In this document: positions 49,085 to 60,136 of the stretch, piece after piece
How the letters are laid out: each line of letters opens with the position of its first letter
How positions within the stretch are numbered: position 1 is the stretch's first letter
Program-made: the position numbers and the translations under genes
DNA from: Entomortierella parvispora E1425
Lineage: Eukaryota; Fungi; Mortierellomycota
DNA length: 64,000 bases
Direction: 5' to 3'
NCBI GenBank assembly: GCA_020891255.1
Contig: BQFW01000005.1
Location: 248,001-312,000 of the forward strand
Notes under the pieces: model-generated
What the model was told of the DNA's origin: nothing
The model's input: only the letters and a program-made list of their open reading frames with translations
Databases searched by the model: none

Positions 49085-49620
49085 ACAATGGCCGTATCTA
49101 CAAGTTGAGAGAACAAGAAGAATGAGGATGCTTTCTGCGCGCCTTTCTGACGACGAATCCAATCTATCAGTCTTTCCTTCAAATGGGGGCCCGATTATCG
49201 TTGTCCGGCACTGATGATCTTGATCTCACGACTGGTCGACTACGCCCAGTCCATGCGACGCGTCACTACTGTTTGAACATGACCGGAGATAATAAGAGTC
49301 TAGTCTTGTGTGCTGAGTTGGGCGTCTCTCTGCAGATCAGTCTGCTGCGTGGCAAGCGTTACCTCGAGATAGACCCTTTTTTTTTTTCTTTTTTTTTTTC
49401 TGAAATTGAATTAGAGGAGCTCGGTAGCCAGCGGGTTTCCATGTCGAGGCAAGAAAGCAGGGACAGGCATCCTTCGGCCTCACTGAGCCTTGAAGTGGGC
49501 CCCTCACGTTGCCACCATTTGAACGAAAGGCTGATAGATTGGATTCGCTGGCAGAAAAGTGCTCAACAATAGGTCTTCTCCTCTCAACTTCTCAACAACA
49601 TTAGACGACACGTTGTATCC
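49085..49620. repeat. Imperfect inverted repeat; arms about 49085-49185 and 49516-49620
   Basis: The reverse complement ending at 49185 (catttgaaggaaagactgatagattggattcg) matches 49516-49547 (catttgaacgaaaggctgatagattggattcg) at 30/32 positions; similarity weakens beyond this. Confidence 0.75.
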
Positions 49621-50380
49621 TTATATAGTATCTCGTAGTCAACCTCACCAGACGAGTGTCCTTCGTTCTAGCCCTTGATCACCATAGTTAAACCAATCCC
49701 TTCCATACGCCGTACTACCGCCTCTTGTCACTGGCTTATCATTGCAGATTTGAACCTGCCAGATCCATCGCCTCGTATCGAGAAATCAGCGTCCTTTCTT
49801 TGGAATTACAAGCGCTTCAATCGTACCACGTTCCTATCCTTTGACAGTCGCGCAGGGCTGATTCCCAGCTAACTGCAACCAGTGAATCGGTTTGAACTCT
49901 TGCTGCAGAGTCTCCTATTGTCATCTCGCATACTCTTGTCCATCCAGCACGTTGGGCAGGTTTGATGAATGGTTTGCCATTTGAAATCGCCTCAATGTTC
50001 GAGCCTCGAAGGCAGAGAACCCACACCATCGCTACTTCAAAAGGGCACCTGCTCAGCGACATTGATCGGTTGTCTACCCGGGGACGAGGCGACCATAAGT
50101 GAATGGACGCACGTATTCCAGATCGGAATGAGGATAGACGGAATGGGAAGCGAGGATGACATTCATAGGGTCCACGTTGATAAGTCGAAAGTACAGTCAT
50201 TCGCTGTAGACTCTCCTCTCGGGTCCATTCAACTGCCTCGCAAAGAATCTTCCATGCCTATTCATAGCTGCAGAGCTGCATGGCAATTCCTGATAGGATG
50301 ATCAGGCATTGCCCAAAGATCAAGTAGGAAAGACAACAAGGGAACACCGAGGGGATATTGCTACAGAACCATGGACTGCA

Positions 50381-50414
<34 letters not shown>

Positions 50415-50512
50415 AAAAGATCATTATCTAGTTTGGATGACAAAAAGCTTTTCGGTTGCGATATGTCAGCAAAGGACTCCTTTTAATAATAAGTTCCAGT
50501 ACTTTTTTTTTT

Positions 50513-53185
50513 TTACATGAATGAACCATTGCTGCCTCCAAACTGTTGTTGCTGCTGTTGCTGCTGTGGCCACGACTGTCCATTATTGTTATTGTTGTTG
50601 AGACCATTCCCATTCCCGGTCATGTTCATATTTCCAAAGGCGTTGTTCATGTTGCCCATGACGTTGTTGTCCCCCCCCATCATCCCGGTGGGTTGCGTAG
50701 GTACCTTTCCATAGTTGGGCGAGAAGGGGTTCAAAGGATTGGCGGAGGGTGCAAAGGGGTTCGTGCTTGCACCAGTTGGTTGTGACGAGAGATTGGGCAT
50801 GGTGTTGAAGTGGCCCACGCCGGTCATCATGGGCATCTGAGGCACAGTTCCTGCTCCAGATCCCATGGCCGAGGGTCCCAATCGGAAGGGGTTGCCAGTG
50901 CTCTGGGGCATGATCACACTCTGACTACCAAGTCCGTTTCCGAGTCCATTGTTGTTATTGTTGTTGCCCATCAAATCCATCATGTTACCGGTACTGTTAT
51001 TTCCAAAGCCAGTATCCTGTGGTTGCTGAAGCTGCATTGCAAAAGGGTTGGTGGCGTTGTAACCCGTAGGTTGAGCAGCCAACATTCCAGGCTGCTGTTG
51101 TTGTAAAGAAAACGCCGAGGTATCGACCATGCCGGTGAACTGATTCTGGAGCATCATATTCTGCTGGGCTGCTTGCATCTGCTGCATCTGAAGAAGTTGC
51201 TGCTGTTGTTGGAGCTGGAGCTGGAACTGCTGGAAATCATTGCCGCCGGTCAACATCTGAGCCTGGAACTGGTTGGGGTTCTGGACAATGGTGGTCTCCT
51301 CTGAATCGATGCTCGAGAAGAAATCAATCATATCCTTCTTGGTGCTCATCCGTTTGGTCTCTTCTGTCGTCTTCTTTGGCGACCAAGCATCTTCATCTAA
51401 AAAGAGGGAGTAGACAGGAGCAAAATGTGCGAGTACGTAAGAAAGGGCCCATGAACAATGTGGATTTGGTAAGCAAGTCACTTACCAAACTTGGCGGAGC
51501 TCTTGTCGTTGTTATTGCTGGAGGATGTCGTCGAAGTTTTTGTAACAGCAGGCTTGGAGGTGGATTTGCTAGACGTGATCTCCTTCGTCTTTGCCTTCGA
51601 GGCGGAAGCCTGTTCTTCCTCAAAGTCGGGGCTGTTCAAGTATTCCTCCAAGGTCCTGACGAGCGACAGTGGCGCCTATAGTTTGAAAGCGACGTTAGAT
51701 CCATGCTAAGACGTCGATGAAAAACGTCATTTTCACCCCTTCTTTCTTCCGGATCAATTTAGAATCCATGTTACATACGTGCTTCAGTTGAGGGATATCA
51801 GTATGAATGACGCGCTCCATGCGTTTGGCGACACTGAGGTAATCCATGACCTTTGTAGTTTGTTCCGCAAAGACCTTGTAAATCTTCAATCCGAGGCGTG
51901 CTTGATCCTTGGACATTTCAAAGTAGTGCTCTATAAACAAGAGGCATCTGTTGATCAGTTTTGACAGCCAAAACAGACATTGGCAGACTTTTTGTTCAAT
52001 TTCCAAAAGAAGACTCACGAAGAATATTGATCACGCCCTCGTTCATGGCCTGGAAGAGTCGCAAGAGATCCTGGACCAGAAGTGCAAAGGCTCCAATCGT
52101 CACCTCGTTACTCAATTCATCCATGTAGAACTATCCAATGTGAAGATACAAGGATAAAGAAGATCCATGATGTCGTGCGGTTAGTCATCCGAAAATCCCG
52201 AGTCTCTTAAGGCGCATTTGTCTTGAAGAGATTCTCCCTCACCTTGCAATCCAAGAGGGCACCAATCTGTTTCTGCAGAGCCGCTACATGGGCCAATAGT
52301 CCCTTTGTCAAAGGCAAATTCCGGAGATATCCATCCCGTCCTTGCACGCCTGTCCGCACCAGATCCCGTTGCACCTCTCCGTAGACATGGATTTTTTCGA
52401 TAAGGTATGCTGTGTAGCTGCGAATGGTAGCCGAGTGACCACCTATGGCGGAGGATTGTAAAACATAAAACAGGTATTGGACATGTTATAAAAAAGAAGA
52501 CAGAGAGAGGTCATCGTGTCATGGTCCATTTCCTGTGTGTTGATCCTTCTTTGCTACACTTCCTCTCTCTTCTCTTCTGCAATCCACTTACTGTTGGCAC
52601 CTCCCTTATATGCTGCCGAGATGATTCCACGCTGAGAGGCGCAATAGCTCAAGACGTCATTTCCGGCATCAGAGCGCATCAACAAATGAACGACCAAAAG
52701 AGACTTGAACGAAACCTATGACCATATCCAAAACGGATTGGAAAAGGTATCCCAAGGTTGCGTTAGAGAGAATGATCCCCGACATCTATAAAAAAATAGA
52801 ATCCCTTGCCCTTGAGGGCACACGAAACATAAAAAAATATGCATGTCTCTCTCAAACAGATAAGGCGTCCTTTACCGTCCAGGTATTGTTGGAGAGTCTG
52901 GGCTGTAGGGCATTCATAATGAGCATGATGTTCTGCATGGACGAGGTTGCTCCAAACAACAGCGCTATGGCCAAGTCAAAGAATGGAAAAAAGATGGGTC
53001 AGTCTTGGGTCTTCGTTCAGCTGAGGAATGCACGCCTTGGCGCATTGACCAAGAAAGGATGTCCCAAGGTCATCCATCACGCCTTGTCGCTTGGATAATG
53101 ACGAGCAAGTCTGCTTACTGTCGAGGTATTTCAGCTTGGGGTACATGCACTTGGGCTTTGTAGCCCCGATGACGGCCTTCTCCAT
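50513..53185 (-). CDS. ANTH-domain clathrin assembly protein (AP180/Yap1801/PICALM family), multi-exon
   Basis: MEKAVIGATKPKCMYPKLKYLD, WVIVFKVLI-type ANTH helix, HYFEMSKDQARLGLKIYK, DIPQLKH, LEEYLNSPDFE; C-terminal DFFSSI, four NPF motifs, QPTG repeats and Q/N-rich tail. Confidence 0.92.
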
Positions 53186-54676
53186 GGTTGATGAATCCGA
53201 CTGGTTGTTTTTGGCGTGAAAGAGAGTGACGGGGTGACGGAGCGAATCAGCCGGTGGAGAGAGGATTCCCAAGAAGTGTTGAGGGTTGGCGAGATTGAGA
53301 GGAGGGGAGAGGAGGGGAGAGGAGAGGAGAGGAGAGGAGAAGGGGGGAGAGGCAAAGGGCAGAAGGAAGAGAGTCGTCGTTCGTTCGTTCGGTACGTTGT
53401 TCCAGAGGCGCAAGGAAAGAGAGAAAGAGAGCAAAGAGCAGCTCACACGTCGCATTCAACCACTCCAGACGGCGATAAATTTGGCCGTGACCTGTCTAGC
53501 TGCAAATCGACCGTTGTACCTCCGTAGACGCAATATCCTCGGTGTTGCCACCAATTCTTACGGTCTCGTTTTTTGGGGTCTTCCTGCAGGGCCTGAGGCA
53601 GGTCTGGAAGTGCGGCTTCATCTACATCCTACTGGCATCTCTGCACTCGTTTGTTGGGACAGAGCTGACAACGCTGGAGTGAACTTACACCCAAAGAGTT
53701 GATTCATTGGCTCAAGGAGCGCCAAAGTAGACTGTCAGTCCCTCCCTGCTCCTAGAAGACGCGAATGATCCTTCTGACCTAGGTCCTCATCCCAACCGCT
53801 AGCTATAAAGTCCAAGCCCCGACAATCCTGAAGACAGAATGCAGCGAGTCCTAACCGTAGTCCATCCGATCAGTTCCTTCCTCTTTAAGCAAAACAAATC
53901 CCCTTCCAGTTGCACAAAAAAACTCGTGGCGGACAATAATTTTCTTTGTCATTCATCTTTCTTTGTTTGATCTTGCGTAACCAAAGGCCAGATCCAAGGG
54001 TCACTCTTCCTGCATGAATTTCTTTGCAGTCATCGCTGACAGCGGGCCTAACAAAAGACAAAGGGTCAGATCGACGCCTCTTGCCAAGAGAATGTTACTG
54101 CCATCCCCTGCTTTCCTATATCGTCAGTAGTGGGGCCACCAGCCGAGAGAAGAAGGAGACGCTGGCAAGGGCTGCGGCCAAAGGATCTAAAGGTCGATCC
54201 GAGGAAAGAAAAGGGGACAGTCTTGTCAACGGGACACTCTTGTCAACTACTCACTCCTAAGATATCGAAAATCTGCGCTCCCACCACAGCTGCAGCAGAC
54301 AGAGGCGGAGTGTGGAGATCTGCCTTCCCATGAGCCCTCGCATCGTTAGAATGATAGAGAAAAGATGGGGCAATGCATTTCAGGGCGCCAAGTCTGCTGT
54401 CGAACAGCGGGGGACTCGATCCGCCCAAAGTGGGGAAGGAAGAGTGGAAGGAGTGTGAACTCACTCAAACAAAGAGAGGCAAGGATTGCCCAACTGGACA
54501 GATAGAAACGAAAAAAGTTCGTGCTCCGCACGCACCAAAGCGGAATGGAAAAATAAGGATGGCGAGCGAGGGGCTGTTTGGGCGGCAAAGTGCGGAAGAG
54601 ATCTTTTTTGTTTGGTCGCTGTTGCCAGTGGCCAGCAGATGGTTGGATGGCCTAGATCCGTTAGTCAACAGTCAAC

Positions 54677-54707
<31 letters not shown>

Positions 54708-54800
54708 TAAATAGCGCGCAGAGTTGGTTATTTTCTTGTTTTTTTCTTTTCCGCTTCCTCGATCTTTCTCTTCTTCATCCCCATTCCTCCCCTTCTTATC

Positions 54801-56489
54801 ATGTCCCTCGAATCCGTTACTTACGGACTGGCGATTACCACCATCGTCCTCTTCGGACTGGGTGCTCTTTACATGGCCCGCGCCCGCCAACGTGTCCAGC
54901 AAGATGACACCGAGTTCTTCTTGACTGCTCGTCACTCTGTCCCCGAGAGCACCATCGCTTGGTCCTTTTACGCTTCTGGTGTCGGTGCATGGTAATGATT
55001 ACATCTAGCCACATTGTGTAATGTGGTAGAAATTTACTCCTTTGTGCTTCTTGTCTCTAACCGCCGTGGCGTCCTTCCATTTATCTCCGTCAGGGTTGTC
55101 TTTTCTATGCCAGCCTATGTTGTCTCTGCAGGAATTGTCGGTCTGGTTGCGTACGCCATCTCCTGTGGTATCCCCATCATCATTGTGGCCTATGTTGGTG
55201 CCGTCCTCCACCGCAAATACCCCGGAGTGTTGTCGCTTGGTGATTTCGTGCAATGGCGCTTTGGCACCATTCCCACGATCATTGTGACTTTGGTCATGTT
55301 GTTGAATATGTTTATCGCTCTCTGTGCCGAATATACCTCTATTGGAAACCTCATGGGGCTCGTCATTGGAGGTTCTCGTCTGCCTATCGTCCTCTGTGTC
55401 GCCGTTGTTACCTCTATCTACACCGCTGCAGGAGGTCTTTATGTCTCGATTTTGACGGACGTCGCCCAAGGCATCTTTGGTATCGGATTGTTGATCATCA
55501 TGGCAGTTTACGTTGCAGTCACCTATCGTCCTGCCGATCTGCCCACTCCTCTTCCCGATGGCCTGGGACCTAACTACTGGGGCTGGGCTGCCATCGCAGC
55601 GATGCCCATCTCGATGACATGTGCTACCTTCTTTTCTGAGGCCCCTTGGCAGCGTATCTGGGCCTCTGCTGACGAGCGTGCCTTGAAGCGTGGATCTTAC
55701 TGGGGAGCCCTGGGACTGATCATTGTTTGCTTCTTATACGGATTCGGTGGATTCTTGTCCATCTGGGGCGGATTCCCTCAGACCTCTACCGATGGATCGA
55801 CCGCCTTCTTTGATCTCCTCAATGCTGGCAAGTCGAAGGCTCCTGCTTGGATCATGGTCCTTGCTGCCTTGTCGACTGTGGCCATGAACGAAGGTTGCGT
55901 GGATTCACTCCAGAACGCTATTGTCGACACTTTGGCCTCCCGCTTTTTCCGTGGAAAGTCTGTCTGGTACCCTCGTGTCTTGGTCTTCTTGATCAACATC
56001 CCTATTGTGTTTGTCTCGCTCAAGGGTTACAACATTATTATCCTCTTCTTGATTGGAAACTTGGTCTGCACCATTTGCACAGTTCCCTTGTTGCTGGGAT
56101 TGGTCGACCGTCTGGAGGGCTATGTCACTGCTTGGTCCTTTGTCTTTGGAATGATCATGGGATTCTTTTCGATTGTCGTCTTTGGATATGTCAAGATGGG
56201 CTCTATGGCTGCGGGTATGCAGTACACCTTTGTTGATGCATATGACTGGCCCTCGTTTGTGCTGCCCATCGTCTTTTCGTTCATTGGCGTCTTTATGGCC
56301 GTTGGAGTGGAGGGTCTGATCCGAAAGTCCCTTGGGTTGGCATACCCTGTTCCTCTGGATTTCCCCCCTGAGGCTCGCATGATCCACGAGACTGAGACTA
56401 AGGAGGGCAGCGTCAGCACCCTCGGAGAGGCCGAATACCATGCAGGCAAACAGGACGTTTTCGAGGAGACCATCGAGCAGACGAACTAA
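54801..56489 (+). CDS. Sodium:solute symporter (SSF), DUR31/NCU01977-like; probable thiamine or thiamine-precursor transporter, 2 exons
   Basis: EFFLTARHSV...WSFYASGVGAW|VVFSMPAY, TSIYTAAGGLYVSILTDVAQG, FFSEAPWQRIWAS; about 13 hydrophobic segments; TPP aptamer immediately downstream. Confidence 0.88.
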
Positions 56490-56891
56490 GTGGATTACTT
56501 GACCAGATCCAACTCTTTGATACGCACGAGGATATGGAAGGAGAAAGGAGAACGACAAGTCGACAGGAGCCCAGGAAATAACCAGCGCAAGACCCGGTAG
56601 ACGTTCGGTCAAGTATCCCTCGAGTTGAGGAGGACGACGAAGAGAGTACCCGACTTTTACCCTCAAGCCTCACCTCTCGATGGGGTTTTTTTCTTTCTTT
56701 CTTTTTCTTTTAACTTTCTTTTCAATTGCTTCAATTGTCGGGGTTCTGGTTCTTTGTTCACTTTTCCATCTCGTGTCCATTTATTTTTTTATTTATTTGC
56801 ATCTTGAACATCATAATCATCATCACTTTTCTTTTGTTGTTATTTATTTTCATTTTAATTCTTTTTATTTCTCTTTTGCATTCGGATTCAT

Positions 56892-57024
56892 GAGTAGCGC
56901 AAGGGGTGCCCGGACGACATTTTTCGCTTTTCTTTTCATTTTGAAAAAGAGTCGTCTGAGCTGAGATCATACCCTTATTACCAGATCAGGATAACGCCTG
57001 CGATGGGAAAACATTGCGCTCCTC
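56892..57024 (+). ncRNA. TPP (thiamine pyrophosphate) riboswitch aptamer in the 3' region of the SSF transporter gene
   Basis: P1 AGCGCAA(56896-902)/TTGCGCT(57014-20); P2 AAGGG/CCCTT; P3 GCCCGGACGAC/GTCGTCTGAGC with a TTTTTC/GAAAAA extension; conserved CTGAGA and ATACCC; P4 CCA/TGG; P5 CAGG/CCTG with loop ATAACG; conserved GATC and GCG. Confidence 0.93.
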
Positions 57025-57134
57025 GTTTCGAAGACGAATTGCATTTTTAATCACCCTTTTTTTTGGTACCCTTCTTGTCGGCGAATGTCATGGGACACGG
57101 AGGACTGTTGAATGTCATGCATGAGTTGTTCCAG

Positions 57135-57147
57135 ACTAATTTGATAG
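57135..57147 (+). promoter_or_regulatory. Candidate branch point and 3' splice site downstream of the aptamer
   Basis: actaatttgatag: CTAAT branch consensus followed by TAG at 57145-57147. Alternative AGs end at 57134 and 57164. Confidence 0.5.
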
Positions 57148-58089
57148 GCAACGCATTTCGCTAGTTTGTCAATTGCCACCACTTTTCTTCTTTTTTGTTA
57201 TTGTTTACGTTACTTTTTTCGTACCTCGGAAGTCAACATCCATCTTCTGAGGGCGAAGGACGCGAGAGAGTTGATTGTTACCTTATTTTTTTCACTTTTT
57301 TGGTTTGAAGGGGGGGAGGGGTTGCATGAGGGCCAAAAACATTTACCTGCATGGTCAAGTGTCACCCAATGGAGAGGAAGATGTTCCTGTGCCTCCCCCC
57401 ACTGTTTTCTTGTTCACACTGATTATTTTGGATAAAGCCCAAGGATTCCGGCAAGAGAATCGAGTCTGTCGATAACGAGCAACCGGGCCCACCAGGATCA
57501 AGCAAGAAAACGGACAAAGAAGGAGACAGGGGGAAAAAGAGAGGGACGGGAGATTCTTTTTTGCCAACAAAATAAAGTCGGAAAGGACAAAACAAATCAG
57601 AAGAGACAGTGCAAGATTGCCAAGAGACAGAGTCGACCAAACAAACAATTTGAGTGCGAGAGGGAGGGTGGTAGGTGCGGATCAAAATCACGAATCTCCG
57701 GAAAAGATGCTCGGAAAGCAGGCAGCTCAGGGGCAAGAGAAGGAAGCCAATGTCCATTCTGGGCATTGCGAAGCAACAGGGGTCCGCCGGAGCGAATCGC
57801 GCAGGTCATACATACCAAACACACCAAGAAAAGAGAAAAGAAAAGGACGCACTAGTACTCTGCCACGATGCGACATAAATTCCCTTTTTGAGCCAAACAC
57901 ACACCTGACACGCCCTCACCCCGTGCAATGAAATGCTTCCTCCCAAAGGGCACTACAAAGGTCGCTTCGCCTCTCTTTTCTTTTCTTCTTCTTCTTCTTC
58001 TTCTTCTTCTCATTCCATTACCCACCACTCTCATTCACTCTCTCCACTCTGCATTAGAAACGCTTCATCGCCAGCATTCTCTCTGCCTC

Positions 58090-59886
58090 ATGAACAAGGC
58101 CCTAGATCCGCTCCGGCGGCTGGTGGTCCAGTTTAACGCTCGCTTTGCCCAGGCTCAGTCCAGGGCACTTGCGTCCACAAACATCCCACCGGCCCCACCC
58201 CACCTCCACCATGCTCCTTCTGCGCCCACTACCGTGCACCACCCTTCCACTGCTGCTCCCCTCAACAAGCTGGGCAGCGGCCTCCCCATCTTTGGCCAGT
58301 TCCAGGCCAAGGTCGCCGTCCCCTACCACAAGGACGGGCCCCTGCTGCTCGCCCATCTGAATCAAAAGCTCAACTTCTTGGCTCGCAACGTCCTGCTGCC
58401 AGAGCCCGCTCGAGTCGCTGCTGTCAACTACGCCTGTCGATCTGCAGGTCGCCCCCAGATGGCGTCGCTGTTGTCCAGGGGATCCCAGCGGATGATGCAC
58501 CACCAGCCCTTGAAGTTTGCTGTTCCCCACGGATTCGTCCGCAACGTCGGTCTGTCGTCCACCCGCGGCTTCTGCTCGTCTGTGCAACCAGCCGTGAACG
58601 GTCCTGCCAGGATGCTGGCCCAGATGTACGCCAAGCCCCTAGGCATCCTTCCCAACCATGCCCAGAAATTGTCCCCTTCTGACGGTGATCGTAAGCGTTC
58701 AGCGGTGGCCAGGAAGAGACAGTCTTCCTCTCGTAAGGCCCACAAGGCCCAGAGCAAGGTCGGCCGCCTCTCTTCCTCCACCATCCGCTCCTTCCTCGCG
58801 CGCGCCACCTTGGTTGAGCAGCAGCACCAGTTCTTGGACTTGTGCGGCACTAACAAGGCCGTCTCGACTGCCACCGCCATCTCGTTGGCCAAGGTCGTCG
58901 GCAAGACCTGCTCAGACTTGAACTTGCTCCCCAAGCTCAAGGCATCGGAATACTGCCCCACCAACGTCGACATGTGCTTCTTGCTGGATGCTTCGCCTCT
59001 TTGGCATTTGGATACAATGGTCTCGGCTTTGCACACGGATTCGCTGCGCGCCCCCAAGCAACTGAATGGTTCCTTCATCGAGGACTTGCTCCAGATCACC
59101 AACGCCCAGTACCAGCATTTCTTGGAGGTCTCTGCGATCCTTCAAAAGTTGGTCCAGTGTCCTGAGGCACGCGAGATTTCGCTGGAGGGCTATGAGCTTC
59201 GAGTGCACTTTTTGGGAACGACTTTGTTTGACATGACCCAATTCTTGAGAGAACTTTCGATCGACCCCAAGAGTCCTCATTTTGACTTGGACGAGTATTA
59301 TGCAGACATGGAATTGATGCCGGAGCAGTACTTCCCTCAGGCGTCCGTCAACCAGTACTATGCACCTTCGCTTTCGGACAATGAGACCTGGGATGAATGC
59401 AGCAGCCTGCAAAGCTCCCTCATGATGTATGGCGAATCGGAACGATGTTCGAGCGTGGCTAGCTTTGCGACCATGGATGCTCTGCCGGAACCTTGGGAGG
59501 GCGCTATTGGACTCACCTCTGCCGCCGCAACTGAGGACACCTCGTCTGACCTTGAAGTGGAAACTGATGCGATCACTGAAGACGAAGAGGAAGAAGAGAC
59601 TCCACAGGACATCGTGGAGACTGTTGAGGCTCCTATGGTAATCGCCGTTGACTTTACGCCTGCAGAGGATCCCGCTCTGGTCTGGACTGCCCCTGCAGAG
59701 ACTGACAAGGAGTCCATGTCCATGATCCAAGAGTCGACCCGCAACCTGAACCAGATGTCGAGTCATATCTTGACGACTGAGGTCACCGAGGGGTACTTTG
59801 ACGACATTCGCGGATTTTTGGAAAGTCTTGACCGCCATAACACGGATCTCTTTTCTGGCGCCATGATATCTCCTTCCGCTCTGTAA
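58090..59886 (+). CDS. Intronless hypothetical protein with basic N-terminus, central globular region and acidic C-terminus
   Basis: Long ORF, likely start MNKALDPL at 58090. The NVGLSSTRGFCSS motif recalls an uncharacterised fungal family (from memory only). Confidence 0.7.
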   Translation: MNKALDPLRRLVVQFNARFAQAQSRALASTNIPPAPPHLHHAPSAPTTVHHPSTAAPLNKLGSGLPIFGQFQAKVAVPYHKDGPLLLAHLNQKLNFLARNVLLPEPARVAAVNYACRSAGRPQMASLLSRGSQRMMHHQPLKFAVPHGFVRNVGLSSTRGFCSSVQPAVNGPARMLAQMYAKPLGILPNHAQKLSPSDGDRKRSAVARKRQSSSRKAHKAQSKVGRLSSSTIRSFLARATLVEQQHQFLDLCGTNKAVSTATAISLAKVVGKTCSDLNLLPKLKASEYCPTNVDMCFLLDASPLWHLDTMVSALHTDSLRAPKQLNGSFIEDLLQITNAQYQHFLEVSAILQKLVQCPEAREISLEGYELRVHFLGTTLFDMTQFLRELSIDPKSPHFDLDEYYADMELMPEQYFPQASVNQYYAPSLSDNETWDECSSLQSSLMMYGESERCSSVASFATMDALPEPWEGAIGLTSAAATEDTSSDLEVETDAITEDEEEEETPQDIVETVEAPMVIAVDFTPAEDPALVWTAPAETDKESMSMIQESTRNLNQMSSHILTTEVTEGYFDDIRGFLESLDRHNTDLFSGAMISPSAL

Positions 59887-60136
59887 ATACGTGGAAGCCT
59901 CTTCCCTGTTGCCGTTTATTTGTTCCTTTCAGCTCCCCTGTCCCCACCATCGCCCATCAACTCCTCTTCTTTTCGCTAATGATATGATCCCCCCCAATTC
60001 TTAGTTCTTCTCCACAGTTCCTTCCTTCCCACCCGCCCAGGTCTTTGCGTGCTCGAACGTGATGAAAAAAGAAAAAAAAATGAAAGCTTCAGAATAAACG
60101 ACAACTCCCCCAAAGATACTTGTTTCCAGTGTTTTA

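Noticed and set aside
8531-56489. Functional cluster of channels and transporters (2 TRP-like, bestrophin, GIT1, SSF)
   Set aside because: They are interspersed with unrelated genes and share no visible regulatory motif; likely coincidence apart from the TRP duplication.
58912-59838. 308-aa minus-strand ORF, and similar 55905-56666, 15897-16367 and 60560-60991
   Set aside because: Antisense or alternate-frame shadows of better supported genes.
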